A DNA stretch of 64,000 nucleotides from an uncultured Anaerolinea sp. (GCA_964503625.1 CAZDAU010000001.1:2101-66100); one strand, 5' to 3'. Positions 53,044 through 63,891 are shown, counted from the stretch's first letter. Notes: generated by a model not told the origin, from the letters alone. Numbers and translations: made by a program.

Positions 53044-54600
53044 ATGAGTTATTTTTGGAGACTGCTTGTCCTGCTGACAATGGTGTTTACCAGCGGATGC
53101 GGGGCCCAGGCGCCATTCAATCCAGCCAAACAACCAGGTCAAACTCAAGAACCGGGCGCTTTGCGCCAGAGCGCTCTTGGCAGAGCCTATCGTTTCAGAT
53201 GGACAAAATGCGATTACGGCAACCTGCCGATCGAGATTGATTGCGGCATCTTGACTGTGCCGGCCAACCGCGCCAATCCTCAGGGGGACAAAATTCGCCT
53301 GGCGGTCACAATCTTGCGCTCGCAAGGCAGCGCAGAGCGAGGTCGAAGGCCCGCCCTGGAGCCGGTGGTGGTGCTGGCCGGACAGCCGGGTGACGCAGAA
53401 ACAATTGATATCAGGGAGTGGTTGGAAAACCCATTGCTGCGCCAGCGGGATATCATTCTGATGGATTTGCGCGGCACAGGGAAATCTGAGCCCAACTTGA
53501 ATTGCACAGAACTGGATCATACAGCCAATGGCTACGACCGAAAAGCTTTGCAGGCATGCAGACAGCGCTTGCAAGCCAGAGCCATCGATCTGCAGCAATT
53601 CACCAGCATGCAATCCGCCGCTGACCTGAACGATCTGCGCCTGGCCCTGGGTTACGAAAGCTGGAATGTGATCGGAGTCTCCTATGGCACACGCGTGGCT
53701 TTAACCTTGCTGCGGGATTTTCCCCAGGGGGTGCGGAGCGTAGTGTTGGATTCGGTTTATCCCCTCGAGATGAATATCCTGGAGGAACAGGCCCCAAATG
53801 CAGCCCAGGCAATCCAAAACTATTTCAATGGCTGCCATCAGGACCGCCGTTGCCAATACAGCTACCCCGATTTGGAGGAAGTCTTCAGCGATTTGATCCA
53901 ATCGCTGGAGAGCGCTCCCCACAATGTCACAGTGGCCGACCCACGCACAGGCGAGTCAGTCGAAATCTCATTAGACGGTAAGCGAATGGCAGAGTTGATC
54001 CAGGGCGCTTTGAACTCACCCGAAACGTTGGCGCGGATTCCTTACATCATTTATGATACCCAATATGGTAATGACCATGCCGTTGCTGGCCTGATGTTTC
54101 CCGCATCCCCCAGCAAGGTTGAGCAAACTGCTGAGCAGGCCAAAGAAGAACGGCGCGCTTTTGCAGAGGGCGCTTTTTACACAGTTTTATGCGCTGAAGA
54201 AGTTGGCTTTAACAACCGCAGCGCAGCAGAGACAGCCGCCCGCCAGGCCGGGCTACCGCTGGCAGAATTGCTTTACACTCAGGTGGAAAGAATCTTTGAA
54301 CATTGCCGGGATTGGAACGTCCCAACCAGCGCAGCGATCGAAACCCAGCCCGTCAGCAGCCCAGTGCCGGCTTTGATCTTGAGCGGCGAATATGATCCAT
54401 TGACGCCGTATCGTTGGGCAGAGCTGGCAGCAAAAGGTTTGCCCGATAGCAAAGTGTTAAAGTTTCCGGCGGTCGGTCATAAGGTGTTCAACCTGGGAAA
54501 CTGCCCGCAGGGCATTGTGGCGGAATTCATCACCAACCCACTCAAGCCACTGGACACAACCTGTATTGAAGAACTCCAGGTAGATTACTGGTTGCCATAA
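53044..54600 (+). CDS. secreted alpha/beta hydrolase (S33 tripeptidyl/prolyl aminopeptidase-like)
   Basis: 518 aa. Signal LLVLLTMVFTSGCGA and nucleophile elbow IGVSYGTRVA. The C-terminal segment resembles the TAP-like C-domain. Confidence 0.7.
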   Translation: MSYFWRLLVLLTMVFTSGCGAQAPFNPAKQPGQTQEPGALRQSALGRAYRFRWTKCDYGNLPIEIDCGILTVPANRANPQGDKIRLAVTILRSQGSAERGRRPALEPVVVLAGQPGDAETIDIREWLENPLLRQRDIILMDLRGTGKSEPNLNCTELDHTANGYDRKALQACRQRLQARAIDLQQFTSMQSAADLNDLRLALGYESWNVIGVSYGTRVALTLLRDFPQGVRSVVLDSVYPLEMNILEEQAPNAAQAIQNYFNGCHQDRRCQYSYPDLEEVFSDLIQSLESAPHNVTVADPRTGESVEISLDGKRMAELIQGALNSPETLARIPYIIYDTQYGNDHAVAGLMFPASPSKVEQTAEQAKEERRAFAEGAFYTVLCAEEVGFNNRSAAETAARQAGLPLAELLYTQVERIFEHCRDWNVPTSAAIETQPVSSPVPALILSGEYDPLTPYRWAELAAKGLPDSKVLKFPAVGHKVFNLGNCPQGIVAEFITNPLKPLDTTCIEELQVDYWLP

Positions 54601-54635
54601 GGATCAAAAAAACCAGCCGAAAACCATTTTTGTAA

Positions 54636-55085
54636 TCAACGGCTTTGCGCATCCGACAATATGAACGCCAGAGCCTGCAAAGCCAGGGTATAAGAATGCC
54701 AGCCAAAACCGGCGATGCTGCCCACACACACCGGGGCAATCCATGAAATCCGGCGAAACTCCTCACGTCCGTGAACATTGGAAAGGTGAACTTCGATCAC
54801 CGGCAGGCCGATCCCAGCCACGGCATCCCGCAGCGCGATCGAGGTGTGAGTATAGCCGCCAGGGTTGAACACAACTCCTTGTGCCCAGGAGCGCGCCTGG
54901 TGCAACGTGTCAATCAGGATACCTTCATGGTTGGACTGAAACGAACGTACTTCGAATCCTATCTTCTGTCCATCATCCACCAGGCGGCGATCAATTTCTG
55001 CCAGGGTCATCCGGCCATAAATATCCGGCTCCCGCTCCCCTAACAGGTTAAGATTCGGACCGTGGAGCACAAGGATTGATTTCAT
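54636..55085 (-). CDS. aroQ: type II 3-dehydroquinate dehydratase
   Basis: [24 protein letters not shown]...QSNHEG...[15 protein letters not shown]. Confidence 0.9.
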   Translation of the reverse strand: MKSILVLHGPNLNLLGEREPDIYGRMTLAEIDRRLVDDGQKIGFEVRSFQSNHEGILIDTLHQARSWAQGVVFNPGGYTHTSIALRDAVAGIGLPVIEVHLSNVHGREEFRRISWIAPVCVGSIAGFGWHSYTLALQALAFILSDAQSR

Positions 55086-55112
55086 CGGTCAAGTTCCTTT
55101 CCGGAGTGGAGA

Positions 55113-56666
55113 TCATAGTATCTCTGTCCAGTCATCGATTTCGATCCCCCATCGGACTTTGCCAATTCCGATGGGCAACACCCAGCGCACTTTGCCGCCA
55201 GCCCGCTTCTTATCGACAGCGACGCCATTGAGAATGCGCTGGCGATCCAACCCGGCCGGTATATCGGTGGGCAAGCCGAGGTTTTGCAAAGTCTCAACAA
55301 TCTCATCCACCAGGCCGTTCGAAGCCAGGCCGTTTCGCTCTGCCAGCCGGGCAGCGAAGGCCATCCCGATTGCCACTGCTTCGCCATGCTTCAGTTGGTA
55401 CTCAGAAGCCGCTTCAATGGCATGTCCCAGGGTATGGCCCAGGTTCAGGCAAGCGCGGCGGCCGTGCTCATAGGGATCTTCTTGAATGGTGCGCACCTTC
55501 ACCGCCATCGCTCGACGCACGACCTCATTCAGTTCCATCCGGACGGTCTGCCAGCCGCGGCCGCACAGCTCAAACAAAACTGGATCGGCAATCAGTCCAT
55601 GCTTGACCACCTCTGCAAGGCCATTGCGCAGCTCTATATCTGGCAGACTGGCGAGCAACAACGGATCAGCCAGCACCAGGGAAGGCGGGTGGAAGGCGCC
55701 AACAAGATTCTTGCCTTGGGTCAGGTCGGCACCAGTTTTTCCGCCCAAACTGGCATCTACCATGGCCAGCAACGTGGTCGGCACAGCCACCCAGGGGATG
55801 CCGCGCAGATAAGTCGCAGCAGCAAAACCAGCCAGATCGCTAACCACTCCACCACCCAGGGCGATCACCGTGCTGTTACGCTCCAAACCGGCCGCCAGAA
55901 AGGCGTCCCACAATAAATTGATTGTAGAGATGGTCTTGTGCTGCTCTCCAGCAGGTATGACCACCAGGTGAGCGATATATCCGCTCGCTCGGAGAACAGC
56001 CAGGGTGCGCTGGGCGTAAATAGAAGCAACATTCTCATCAGAGACCACAGCCAGCGGGCCTTGGATTTTGTGAGCCAAAAGCACAGCCCCAAGATGATCC
56101 AGGCCGCCTTCACCTACACGCACATCGTAACCCTTCCCCATTCCGGTGACGTGGAACATGCCCATCCGGGTCTGCGCCTGCCAGGCCGCTTCAGAAAGAC
56201 TGAGCTTAGCGGTGTCCAACTGGAGCGGGAAGGATGCATAATGCGCAGCTCGTTGCTCCAGCAGGCGCTGCAGGCGATCCTGCATATCCCCGTCCAGCAG
56301 CGGTCGCTGGCCCTGGCTCGCTTCCAGGCGATCAACAATGGTCTCAAACGGCGCAGAAAGGCACAGCACCAGACCAGCAGCCTCTGCACGAGCGCGGTTC
56401 TCTGGATGGAGCAGCGCTCCGCCGCCCAGGGCTACCACGCCATGCTCAAAATCCAACACGTCAGCCAGAGCAGCGCTTTCACGCCGGCGAAAACCAGTTT
56501 CACCTTCCACAGCAAAAATCTGTGGGATGGATAGACCAGCCTGAGATTCGATCAGCTCGTCCAGGTCATAGAATGGCAGGCGCAGGCTTTCAGCCAGACG
56601 CAAGCCCAGCGAGCTTTTCCCAGAAGCCGGGGGGCCATAAATCATGATAAATGGGTCAATTTCCAT
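55113..56666 (-). CDS. aroK-aroB: fused shikimate kinase / 3-dehydroquinate synthase
   Basis: 517 aa. N-terminal P-loop YGPPASGKSSLG plus DLDELIE (AroK). The C-terminal ~350 aa carry GGGVVSDLAGFAAATYLRGI, LNLGHTLGHAIE (AroB). Confidence 0.9.
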   Translation of the reverse strand: MEIDPFIMIYGPPASGKSSLGLRLAESLRLPFYDLDELIESQAGLSIPQIFAVEGETGFRRRESAALADVLDFEHGVVALGGGALLHPENRARAEAAGLVLCLSAPFETIVDRLEASQGQRPLLDGDMQDRLQRLLEQRAAHYASFPLQLDTAKLSLSEAAWQAQTRMGMFHVTGMGKGYDVRVGEGGLDHLGAVLLAHKIQGPLAVVSDENVASIYAQRTLAVLRASGYIAHLVVIPAGEQHKTISTINLLWDAFLAAGLERNSTVIALGGGVVSDLAGFAAATYLRGIPWVAVPTTLLAMVDASLGGKTGADLTQGKNLVGAFHPPSLVLADPLLLASLPDIELRNGLAEVVKHGLIADPVLFELCGRGWQTVRMELNEVVRRAMAVKVRTIQEDPYEHGRRACLNLGHTLGHAIEAASEYQLKHGEAVAIGMAFAARLAERNGLASNGLVDEIVETLQNLGLPTDIPAGLDRQRILNGVAVDKKRAGGKVRWVLPIGIGKVRWGIEIDDWTEIL

Positions 56667-56700
56667 CTCAGGCTCTTTTCAACAGATTAACAGGATTTTC

Positions 56701-57876
56701 TCACACTTCGGGCCAGAACAGGTGTTTGCCGCCATCCATGGGCAGATCAGATAGGCGAGCGCGGCGCAGGTTGGCGTAGCGTGTTTGCATTTCAGCCAAA
56801 TAATCGCCGCCCACTTTCTCAATCAATGCATCCGCCAGGATGAATGCCGTCATGGCTTCCAGGATCGGCACAGCACGCGGCACGGGGCAAAAATCAGATC
56901 GCTCGTAAGTGGTGGGCGTCTCCTGGCCTGTAGCCAAATCCACAGTGGGTTGTGGCGAGAGCGTGGTCGCGATCGGCTTCATAGCAGCGCGCATGACCAG
57001 CGGAGCACCCATGGTGACGCCGCCCTCCAATCCACCGGCGCGTTGGGTGGGACGCAGCAACTCCCCCCCGCTCAAGTAAATCGGATCATGGGCCTGGGTT
57101 CCAGGCAGGCGGGCGTTGGAGAAAGCATCGCCAAACTCAACCCCTTTGATGGCCTGCACACTGAGCAACGCTGCTCCCAGCCGTGCCTCCAATCGTCGAT
57201 CCCATTGGACAAATGAGCCCAAACCTGGCGGAAGGCCCAATGCAACGATCTCTATGACCCCGCCCAGGGTATCCCGTTGTTGGATAATCTGGCGGATGCG
57301 CTGGCGCATGGCTTCAGCGGCGCTGTGATCTGGACAGCGCACGTCACTCTCCTCAGCCAGCGAGAAACGCTGCAGGAAGGGTATCTCCTCCAGGCTGGCG
57401 CTGACCTCGCCAATTGCAATCACATAGCCGCCCACATGGATATCGAATTCTGCCAGTAAAAGTTTGCAAGCTGCACCAACCGCAACCCGAGCAGCGGTCT
57501 CTCGGGCAGAAGCGCGCTCCAGGGCCGGGCGCAAATCCCGGTAGCCGTATTTGATTGCCCCAGCCAGGTCAGCATGCCCTGGGCGAGGCGTGGTGAAAGC
57601 TTCAATGGGTTTGCCGCGCCACTTGGCATGGTCCCGGTTCTCGATCTGGAATGCCAGGGGCGCTCCGGTGGTGAGACCAGACATGACACCCCCGACAATT
57701 TGAACAGAATCTTGCTCAATCTTCATCCGCGGCCCGGCGCCATAGCCCTTTTGCCGCCGCGCCAGCTCGGCATCAATTGCTTTAGGGTCAAGAGGCAGGC
57801 CAGCGGGCATGCCATCCAGAATGGCGGTCAGGGCAGGGCCATGCGATTCACCTGCAGTCATAAAGCGAAGGGGCAT
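56701..57876 (-). CDS. aroC: chorismate synthase
   Basis: MPLRFMTAGESHGPAL.... ATG 57876 is preferred (AGGAGA 7 nt upstream) over ATG 57882. Confidence 0.9.
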   Translation of the reverse strand: MPLRFMTAGESHGPALTAILDGMPAGLPLDPKAIDAELARRQKGYGAGPRMKIEQDSVQIVGGVMSGLTTGAPLAFQIENRDHAKWRGKPIEAFTTPRPGHADLAGAIKYGYRDLRPALERASARETAARVAVGAACKLLLAEFDIHVGGYVIAIGEVSASLEEIPFLQRFSLAEESDVRCPDHSAAEAMRQRIRQIIQQRDTLGGVIEIVALGLPPGLGSFVQWDRRLEARLGAALLSVQAIKGVEFGDAFSNARLPGTQAHDPIYLSGGELLRPTQRAGGLEGGVTMGAPLVMRAAMKPIATTLSPQPTVDLATGQETPTTYERSDFCPVPRAVPILEAMTAFILADALIEKVGGDYLAEMQTRYANLRRARLSDLPMDGGKHLFWPEV

Positions 57877-57895
57877 ACTCATTCTCCTATAGGTT

Positions 57896-59092
57896 TCAAC
57901 TCATCGGGGCAAGTGGTGGCGGTCCGGCCTGGATAAGCCACTCACCCAGACGGTCCATTGCCAACTGAATGCGATCCAAGGGCGCAGTGATCGAGATGCG
58001 CACAAAGCCCTCCCCGCCCGGGCCAAACACCGTGCCGGGAGTCAGGCTGACCCCCGCCTGCTCCAGGGCGGCGGTGGCAAAGGTCATGGAGCTCCAGCCT
58101 GCCGGAACAGGCGACCAGACATAGATCGAAGCCCTCGGCGGGTTCACCGCCAGGCCCAGCCGGCGCAACCCGGCTACGACGGCATCTCGGCGCTGGCGAT
58201 AAATTTCGTTGCGCTCCAACAGCCAGGACTGGTCACCGGCAAGCGCAGCCGTGGAGGCCTCAAAGACGGGCAAAAAATGGCTGCTGTCGGCATTGGTCTT
58301 GAGCGTGAATAAGGCGCGCACTGCATCTGAATTTCCCAGCAGCGCAGCAGCCCGCCAACCAGCCATATTGTGCGATTTGGAAAGTGTGTTGAACTCCACG
58401 GCAACATCTTTTGCGCCCGGCACTTGCAACAAACTGGGAGGTTGCTCGCCAGCAAAAGCCACTTGCATGTAAGCGGCATCATGGCACAACAAAAAGCCAT
58501 GCTCCCGGGCAAGCTCCACCGCCTGAGTGAAAAAATCCAGGCTGGCAACTGCGGCGGTAGGGTTGTTGGGATAGTTCAGCCACATCAACCTGGCGCGCTG
58601 CAGGATTTCAGCCGGCAGGGCTTGCAAGTCAGGCAGGTAGCCGCGCTCCGCCAGCAATGGCATGGAATAGACCTCCCCGCCGGCAATCAATGTCCCCCGG
58701 GTATAGGTGATATAGCCGGGATCAGGGACCAGGGCAATGTCCCCCGGATCAATAAAAGCCAGGCTCAGGTGAAAGATGCCTTCCTTTGAACCCAACAGTG
58801 GAATGATCTCATTTTCCGGGTCCAGCTCCACCCCATACAGTCGGCGGTAGCTATCTGCCCAGGCCTGGCGCAAAGACCTGGGCCCCCGATGCGGCTGATA
58901 GCTGTGGGCATCTGGCCGGGCAGCGGAGCGAACCAGGGCATCCACAATATGCGGAGCCGGCGGCAGATCAGGCGCGCCTTCGTCCAGGCGAATTATGTCT
59001 CGGCCCTGTGCTTGCATTGTTTGCAAACGGGCGCTGAGCGCGGCAAAAAAGTGGGGAGCAAGATGGGACATTCGCCCTGCGGTAGATTTCAT
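57896..59092 (-). CDS. class I/II PLP aminotransferase (DapL-like fold; likely aromatic/prephenate aminotransferase given context)
   Basis: About 398 aa. NYPNNPT, LSKSHNMAGWR (PLP-Lys). The start is uncertain (TTG 59113, ATG 59092, ATG 59071). Confidence 0.8.
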   Translation of the reverse strand: MKSTAGRMSHLAPHFFAALSARLQTMQAQGRDIIRLDEGAPDLPPAPHIVDALVRSAARPDAHSYQPHRGPRSLRQAWADSYRRLYGVELDPENEIIPLLGSKEGIFHLSLAFIDPGDIALVPDPGYITYTRGTLIAGGEVYSMPLLAERGYLPDLQALPAEILQRARLMWLNYPNNPTAAVASLDFFTQAVELAREHGFLLCHDAAYMQVAFAGEQPPSLLQVPGAKDVAVEFNTLSKSHNMAGWRAAALLGNSDAVRALFTLKTNADSSHFLPVFEASTAALAGDQSWLLERNEIYRQRRDAVVAGLRRLGLAVNPPRASIYVWSPVPAGWSSMTFATAALEQAGVSLTPGTVFGPGGEGFVRISITAPLDRIQLAMDRLGEWLIQAGPPPLAPMS

Positions 59093-59180
59093 CCCCAACC
59101 CCAATGAATACAAGCTTTAGAAGGATGGCTCCAGTAACAAGATGAGTGATTGAGCATGGTGGATTTTCCTTACATTGACA

Positions 59181-60059
59181 TTACCCTTGAACCGCCTGCC
59201 ACATCGGCTGGCGGGGTACGGATTGCCCGCTCCAGCGCTCCAAAGACAGGGCAGCCTGTTCGACGAGCATACCCAGGCCATTGGCGGTTGACAACCCTGC
59301 GGCGCGCGCCTGGCGCAGGAAGGCAGTCTCTGCCGGCTTGTAAACCAGGTCGTAAATAAAAGCGCCCTGCGGCCAGGGTTCACCGGGCGGCCAGGGACAG
59401 CTGTCGACATTGGGCATCATCCCGGCTGAGGTGGCATTGACAATCAGGTCAGGCGTATCCGGTAGATGTGCCAGCATACCGGCAGATAACATCAAAGGGC
59501 AAGCAGAGAATCGCTGTCTTTCGCCAACCGACAGGCTATCCACCAGCGCCTGAACCTGCGCCTCCTGGCGGGCTGCCACATACACCTGCCAGCCAGCGGA
59601 GAGCAGGCTGTAAACCACAGCCCGCGCTGCGCCACCGGCGCCCAAGACCAAAGCCAGCGAATCAGGCGGCCTGGCTGGCAGTAAACGGTTCAGGTCAGAG
59701 AGAAAACCAGGCGCATCGGTGTTGTCGCCAACCCAAAGCCGGTCTTGATAGAAAATGGTGTTGACCGCTCCAATTGCTTGAGCCGTGTTGGTAAGACGGT
59801 CCAGGTAAGGCAACACCGCTTGCTTATGGGGGATGGTCACGTTCAAGCCTCCGATCTCACCAGCGCGCAGGCGCCGAAAGAGGTCAGCAAGCGGCAGCGC
59901 GCCCTCCGGCAAAGGTGGGACTGGATAAAGCCGGTATTCGCCGTCCAGGCCCAGGCTTTTCAGACCAGCGCTGTGCAGGCGTGGAGAGAGGCTGTGCAGG
60001 AGCGGATAACCAAGCAAACCCAGGGATAACATGGCTGTGATTTGCTCAGGCAACAACAT
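59181..60059 (-). CDS. aroE: shikimate dehydrogenase
   Basis: LGLLGYPLLHSLSPRLHSAGL, NVTIPHKQ, VLGAGGAARAV. The start is ATG 60059 (14-nt overlap with aroA) or ATG 60032. Confidence 0.85.
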   Translation of the reverse strand: MLLPEQITAMLSLGLLGYPLLHSLSPRLHSAGLKSLGLDGEYRLYPVPPLPEGALPLADLFRRLRAGEIGGLNVTIPHKQAVLPYLDRLTNTAQAIGAVNTIFYQDRLWVGDNTDAPGFLSDLNRLLPARPPDSLALVLGAGGAARAVVYSLLSAGWQVYVAARQEAQVQALVDSLSVGERQRFSACPLMLSAGMLAHLPDTPDLIVNATSAGMMPNVDSCPWPPGEPWPQGAFIYDLVYKPAETAFLRQARAAGLSTANGLGMLVEQAALSLERWSGQSVPRQPMWQAVQG

Positions 60060-61458
60060 CAGAGCCAGACACAGATGCGCCCAGGGACCTCAGCACAGAG
60101 GCAAAGGCCGGAAAGGATTCGTCGATAATTTGTGCATCCATCACCTGGACAGGCCGGCATGCGGCCAACCCACAAACTGCCAGAGCCATAGCCAGGCGGT
60201 GATCGCCATGTGTTTGAACCCTGCCACCGTTGGGTAAACTGCCTCCCCGGATCACAAAACCATCCGGCTTTTCGCTGAAATCCACGCCCAGGCAACGCAA
60301 CTCCTGACCCAGAGCGGAGATGCGGTCTGATTCTTTGTGACGCAGCTCTTGTGCATCCCGAACCACCGTTTCGCCGTGAGCATAAGCGGCGGCTATGGCA
60401 AAAACAGGAAATTCGTCGATCATGCGCACAACACGCTCGCCGCCAACCTGCACGCCACGCAACCGGCTATGGCAAACGGTCAAATCGCCCACCGGTTCGC
60501 CACCCTGTACATTCTGATTTTCAATATGGATCTCAGCACCCATTTCTCGTAAGGTATCCAGCAGGCCGGTGCGGGTTGGATTCAAGCCGACCTGGCGCAA
60601 GGTTACCTGTGATCCAGGCGTGATCAAAGCCGCGACGATCAAGAACGACGCAGCAGAAATATCGCCCGGCAGGCGGATCTGCAAAGGGGTCAGCGAGAAT
60701 GGGCTGGGCGGTGTGAGGCGTGTGACCCAACGCTCGCCATCCAAAGCGTGGTTGGTCACTTCGACGCCCATCGCCCGCAACATGCGTTCGGTGTGGTCGC
60801 GCGACGGCCCAGGCTCAACCAGTGTGGTGGTGCCGGCAGCGCTCAGGGCAGCCAACAACAGGCAAGATTTGACTTGTGCGCTGGCTACAGGCAGGGTGTA
60901 TTCCAACGGACGCAAGGGCAAATTTACAGCCTGCACAGCCAGGGGCGCGCAGCCATCCTGAGAGACAATTTCCACCCCCATCGCCCGCAACGGCTCAACA
61001 ATGCGGCGCATGGGCCGGCGGCGCAAGCCAGGCGATCCATCCAGGGTAACCTGAGCACCCCAGGCCGCCAGCGCTCCTGCCAGCAGGCGCAACGTGGTGG
61101 CCGAATTGCCACAGTTCAAGGTGACCCCGGAAACCACCGGACTCCCCCCAGACGCAGAGCGCAGGCCAACGCCCCGCACCCTAAGGGTTGTACCTTCCAA
61201 CTGCCAGGGGACGCCCAGTTTGCTCAGCGCGCCAAGCATGGCCTCGGTGACCCCAGAGACAAGAAAGTTCTCAATCCAGCTTTCACCGTCTGCCATGGCA
61301 GCAAAGAGAGCGGCGCGATGCGAAAGAGATTTATCTCCCGGCAGCCCGGGTTGGCCGTCTGTCCCATCCGCCTTTACTTCCCCAGCCAGCGGGTTGCCTG
61401 GCGCAACGATCAGTTGAAAACCATTCAAGTCAGCCAGTGATGGATCAGAGTCGCTCAT
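60046..61458 (-). CDS. aroA: 3-phosphoshikimate 1-carboxyvinyltransferase (EPSP synthase)
   Basis: 470 aa. LPGDKSLSHRAALFAAMA, LNCGNSATTLRLL, DHRLAMALAV. Confidence 0.9.
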   Translation of the reverse strand: MSDSDPSLADLNGFQLIVAPGNPLAGEVKADGTDGQPGLPGDKSLSHRAALFAAMADGESWIENFLVSGVTEAMLGALSKLGVPWQLEGTTLRVRGVGLRSASGGSPVVSGVTLNCGNSATTLRLLAGALAAWGAQVTLDGSPGLRRRPMRRIVEPLRAMGVEIVSQDGCAPLAVQAVNLPLRPLEYTLPVASAQVKSCLLLAALSAAGTTTLVEPGPSRDHTERMLRAMGVEVTNHALDGERWVTRLTPPSPFSLTPLQIRLPGDISAASFLIVAALITPGSQVTLRQVGLNPTRTGLLDTLREMGAEIHIENQNVQGGEPVGDLTVCHSRLRGVQVGGERVVRMIDEFPVFAIAAAYAHGETVVRDAQELRHKESDRISALGQELRCLGVDFSEKPDGFVIRGGSLPNGGRVQTHGDHRLAMALAVCGLAACRPVQVMDAQIIDESFPAFASVLRSLGASVSGSDVVA

Positions 61459-61460
61459 GG

Positions 61461-62339
61461 TCAGCCTCCTTCCAGGCCAGTAAGCGCCGCATAATTGGCC
61501 GCGCCCTGGGCAAGATGGCCGCGCACCGCTTCCAGATCACCAACGGTTAAGTTGTGCTCAAGTGCATCCAGGGCCTGGCGGAAGCGTTGCAACCCGGCGA
61601 TAACATTTTCACGGTTAGTGGCCAGTATGTCAATCATCATTGTCAGTGAGGTGGGGGCCAGCCGGGCGGTGCTGCGCAACCCAGGCCCCACCAACGGCCG
61701 GGCTTCCAACGGGGTGACTGCAGCCAGGGTGTTGGCAAGCAGGTAGGGCAGGTGACTTGTGGCTGCCACCCAGCGATCGTGCGTCTCCGCGTCAATCCAC
61801 AGCGGATGAGCGCCGACGGCATTTACTAGCTGCTCAACAAGCTGGCGAGCCGCAGGCGAACTTCGCTCCAGTGGAACCAGGGCAAAAGGCGAACCCTGGA
61901 ACAGGTCTTGATCCGCATTGGCCAGCGTGGCCTTTTCCTTGCCGGTCATGGGGTGCCCACCCACCGGATCGAAGCGTGAAGGCAGAACTTGCATCATGCC
62001 TACGATCTCACGCTTCGTAGATCCCAGGTCCAGCACAACTGCCGGGCCAGGGTGCTGATCCGGCAGGTCATGCAGCAATGACAGGATCGCGCCCACCGGC
62101 GCAGCCAGGATCACCAGATCGGCCTGGGGGAGCAAATCTTGCGCTGAAACCGAGGCGCGGTCCACCACCTGGCGGTTGAGGGCCATCTCAACCGCCCGCG
62201 GGTCAGGATCCACCCCCAGGATAGCCTGGCACTTACCACGCAACGCCAGCGCCAGTGAGCCGCCCATCAGGCCCAGGCCCAGGAGGGCCACAACACATTC
62301 GTCCAGGCGTGCAGCTGGATTAAAAGCAGGCTCGTCCAT
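61461..62339 (-). CDS. tyrA: prephenate dehydrogenase
   Basis: 292 aa. NAD fold VALLGLGLMGGSLALAL, GGHPMTGKE. Confidence 0.85.
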   Translation of the reverse strand: MDEPAFNPAARLDECVVALLGLGLMGGSLALALRGKCQAILGVDPDPRAVEMALNRQVVDRASVSAQDLLPQADLVILAAPVGAILSLLHDLPDQHPGPAVVLDLGSTKREIVGMMQVLPSRFDPVGGHPMTGKEKATLANADQDLFQGSPFALVPLERSSPAARQLVEQLVNAVGAHPLWIDAETHDRWVAATSHLPYLLANTLAAVTPLEARPLVGPGLRSTARLAPTSLTMMIDILATNRENVIAGLQRFRQALDALEHNLTVGDLEAVRGHLAQGAANYAALTGLEGG

Positions 62340-62354
62340 AGCGCAGAAGATGCC

Positions 62355-63413
62355 CTACCGTGCCTGGGAGGCCGATTGACGCGCCGGCACCGGAGCAATA
62401 GTTCTGCCAACGGCCTGCGCAATGGCCTTCACCTGTTGCACCAACTCAGCAAAACGCTCCGGCTTAAGCGACTGCCCACCATCGGATAGGGCTGCTTCTG
62501 GTTTGGGATGCACCTCAACGATCAGGCCATCAGCGCCGGCCGCGATGGCCGCGCGGGCGATGGCTGTCACATAGCTCCAGTTGCCAGTGCTGTGACTGGG
62601 ATCCAATACAACCGGCAGGTGGGTCATCTCCTTCAGCACGGGGATAGCGTTGATGTCCGTAGTGTTTCGGGTGGTTGTTTCAAAGGTTCGGATGCCGCGC
62701 TCGCACAGGATGACGCGGCGGTTGCCGTGCGATAGAATATATTCAGCGGACATCAGCAATTCTTCAATTGTGGCCATCATGCCGCGCTTGAGCAAGACGG
62801 GGTGCTGGCTCTCACCAACGGCATGGAGCAGGGCGTAGTTTTGCATATTTCGAGCGCCGATCTGCAAGACATCGACATAGCGGGTGAGTAAGGGGATTTG
62901 CTCTTCGCGCATCACTTCGGTGACCAGCGGCATTCCGGTCTGCTCGCGGGCTTCAACCATCAGCTCCAAACCAGCCTCACCCAGGCCCTGGAAGGAGTAA
63001 GGCGAGGTGCGCGGCTTGTATACCCCACCGCGCAGCGCATGAGCCCCGGCCTCGCGCACCGCGTGAGCAGTTTCCAGCAGCTGGCTGCGGTTCTCTACGG
63101 AACAAGGTCCAGCAATGATTACAATTTCATTCGCCCCCATCTGGACGCCATCAATTGGAAAGAGCGAGTCTTGCCGACGGAATTCGCGTGAGGCCAGCTT
63201 GTAAGGGCGCGAGATCGGCACCACCCGGTCCACGCCATCCATCAACACAAACTGGTCAATATAATTGTAAACCGTCTTGCCCTCGCCAATGGCGCCGATG
63301 ATCGTGCGCTCTTCGCCAGTGGAAATATGAGCGCGCAGCCCAAGCGACTGCACTTTCTCAACAATGGTGCCTATCTCAGCGGTGGTTGCGTCTGCACGCA
63401 TGATGATCATCAT
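62355..63413 (-). CDS. aroF: 3-deoxy-7-phosphoheptulonate (DAHP) synthase, type I-beta with N-terminal ferredoxin-like regulatory domain
   Basis: 352 aa from ATG 63413 (GAGGAGA SD). The N-terminus [44 protein letters not shown] resembles the Thermotoga-type FL domain. Core motifs [20 protein letters not shown]. Confidence 0.85.
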   Translation of the reverse strand: MMIIMRADATTAEIGTIVEKVQSLGLRAHISTGEERTIIGAIGEGKTVYNYIDQFVLMDGVDRVVPISRPYKLASREFRRQDSLFPIDGVQMGANEIVIIAGPCSVENRSQLLETAHAVREAGAHALRGGVYKPRTSPYSFQGLGEAGLELMVEAREQTGMPLVTEVMREEQIPLLTRYVDVLQIGARNMQNYALLHAVGESQHPVLLKRGMMATIEELLMSAEYILSHGNRRVILCERGIRTFETTTRNTTDINAIPVLKEMTHLPVVLDPSHSTGNWSYVTAIARAAIAAGADGLIVEVHPKPEAALSDGGQSLKPERFAELVQQVKAIAQAVGRTIAPVPARQSASQAR

Positions 63414-63507
63414 AATACACTCTCCTCGTTTGTTCCTCAAGCTATAATGGCGATTAAGATAACTTCTGATTTTCACGCCGGGCGCCCAATTTGCCGCCAC
63501 GACGAAA

Positions 63508-63891
63508 TCATTCAAACTTCAGCGCCGCCGCATTTAAATCCGGCCGCAGGCTGGCGGCGGCGCCCAGGTACACATGCTGAATATCTGTTTGGGGCAAATC
63601 GGTGTTCCAGTGCAGTAAGACACGGATGCAGCGCGGCATTCCTCCGGGGACATCAATCTCCCGGGCCGACAGAAGCGGAACCTGCACCCATCCCAACTGG
63701 CGGGCTGCCTGGGCCGGGTAAATCGATGTCAGATCGCCTGTAACGGTGAAGAAGGCGCTTGCCAGGTCTTCTGGCTGAAGCTGCGGATTGGCGGTGCAGA
63801 TTGCTTGAAGTAGCTCGCGGGTAGCTGCCAGAACGATCTCTGGTTGATCCTGGCTGGCTACGGTTGCGCCGCGTATTCCTCTGACAGGCAT
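63508..63891 (-). CDS. aroH: AroH-type monofunctional chorismate mutase
   Basis: 127 aa from ATG 63891 (GGAGGTG SD). [15 protein letters not shown]...[17 protein letters not shown]...[11 protein letters not shown]...[14 protein letters not shown] parallels B. subtilis AroH. Confidence 0.85.
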   Translation of the reverse strand: MPVRGIRGATVASQDQPEIVLAATRELLQAICTANPQLQPEDLASAFFTVTGDLTSIYPAQAARQLGWVQVPLLSAREIDVPGGMPRCIRVLLHWNTDLPQTDIQHVYLGAAASLRPDLNAAALKFE

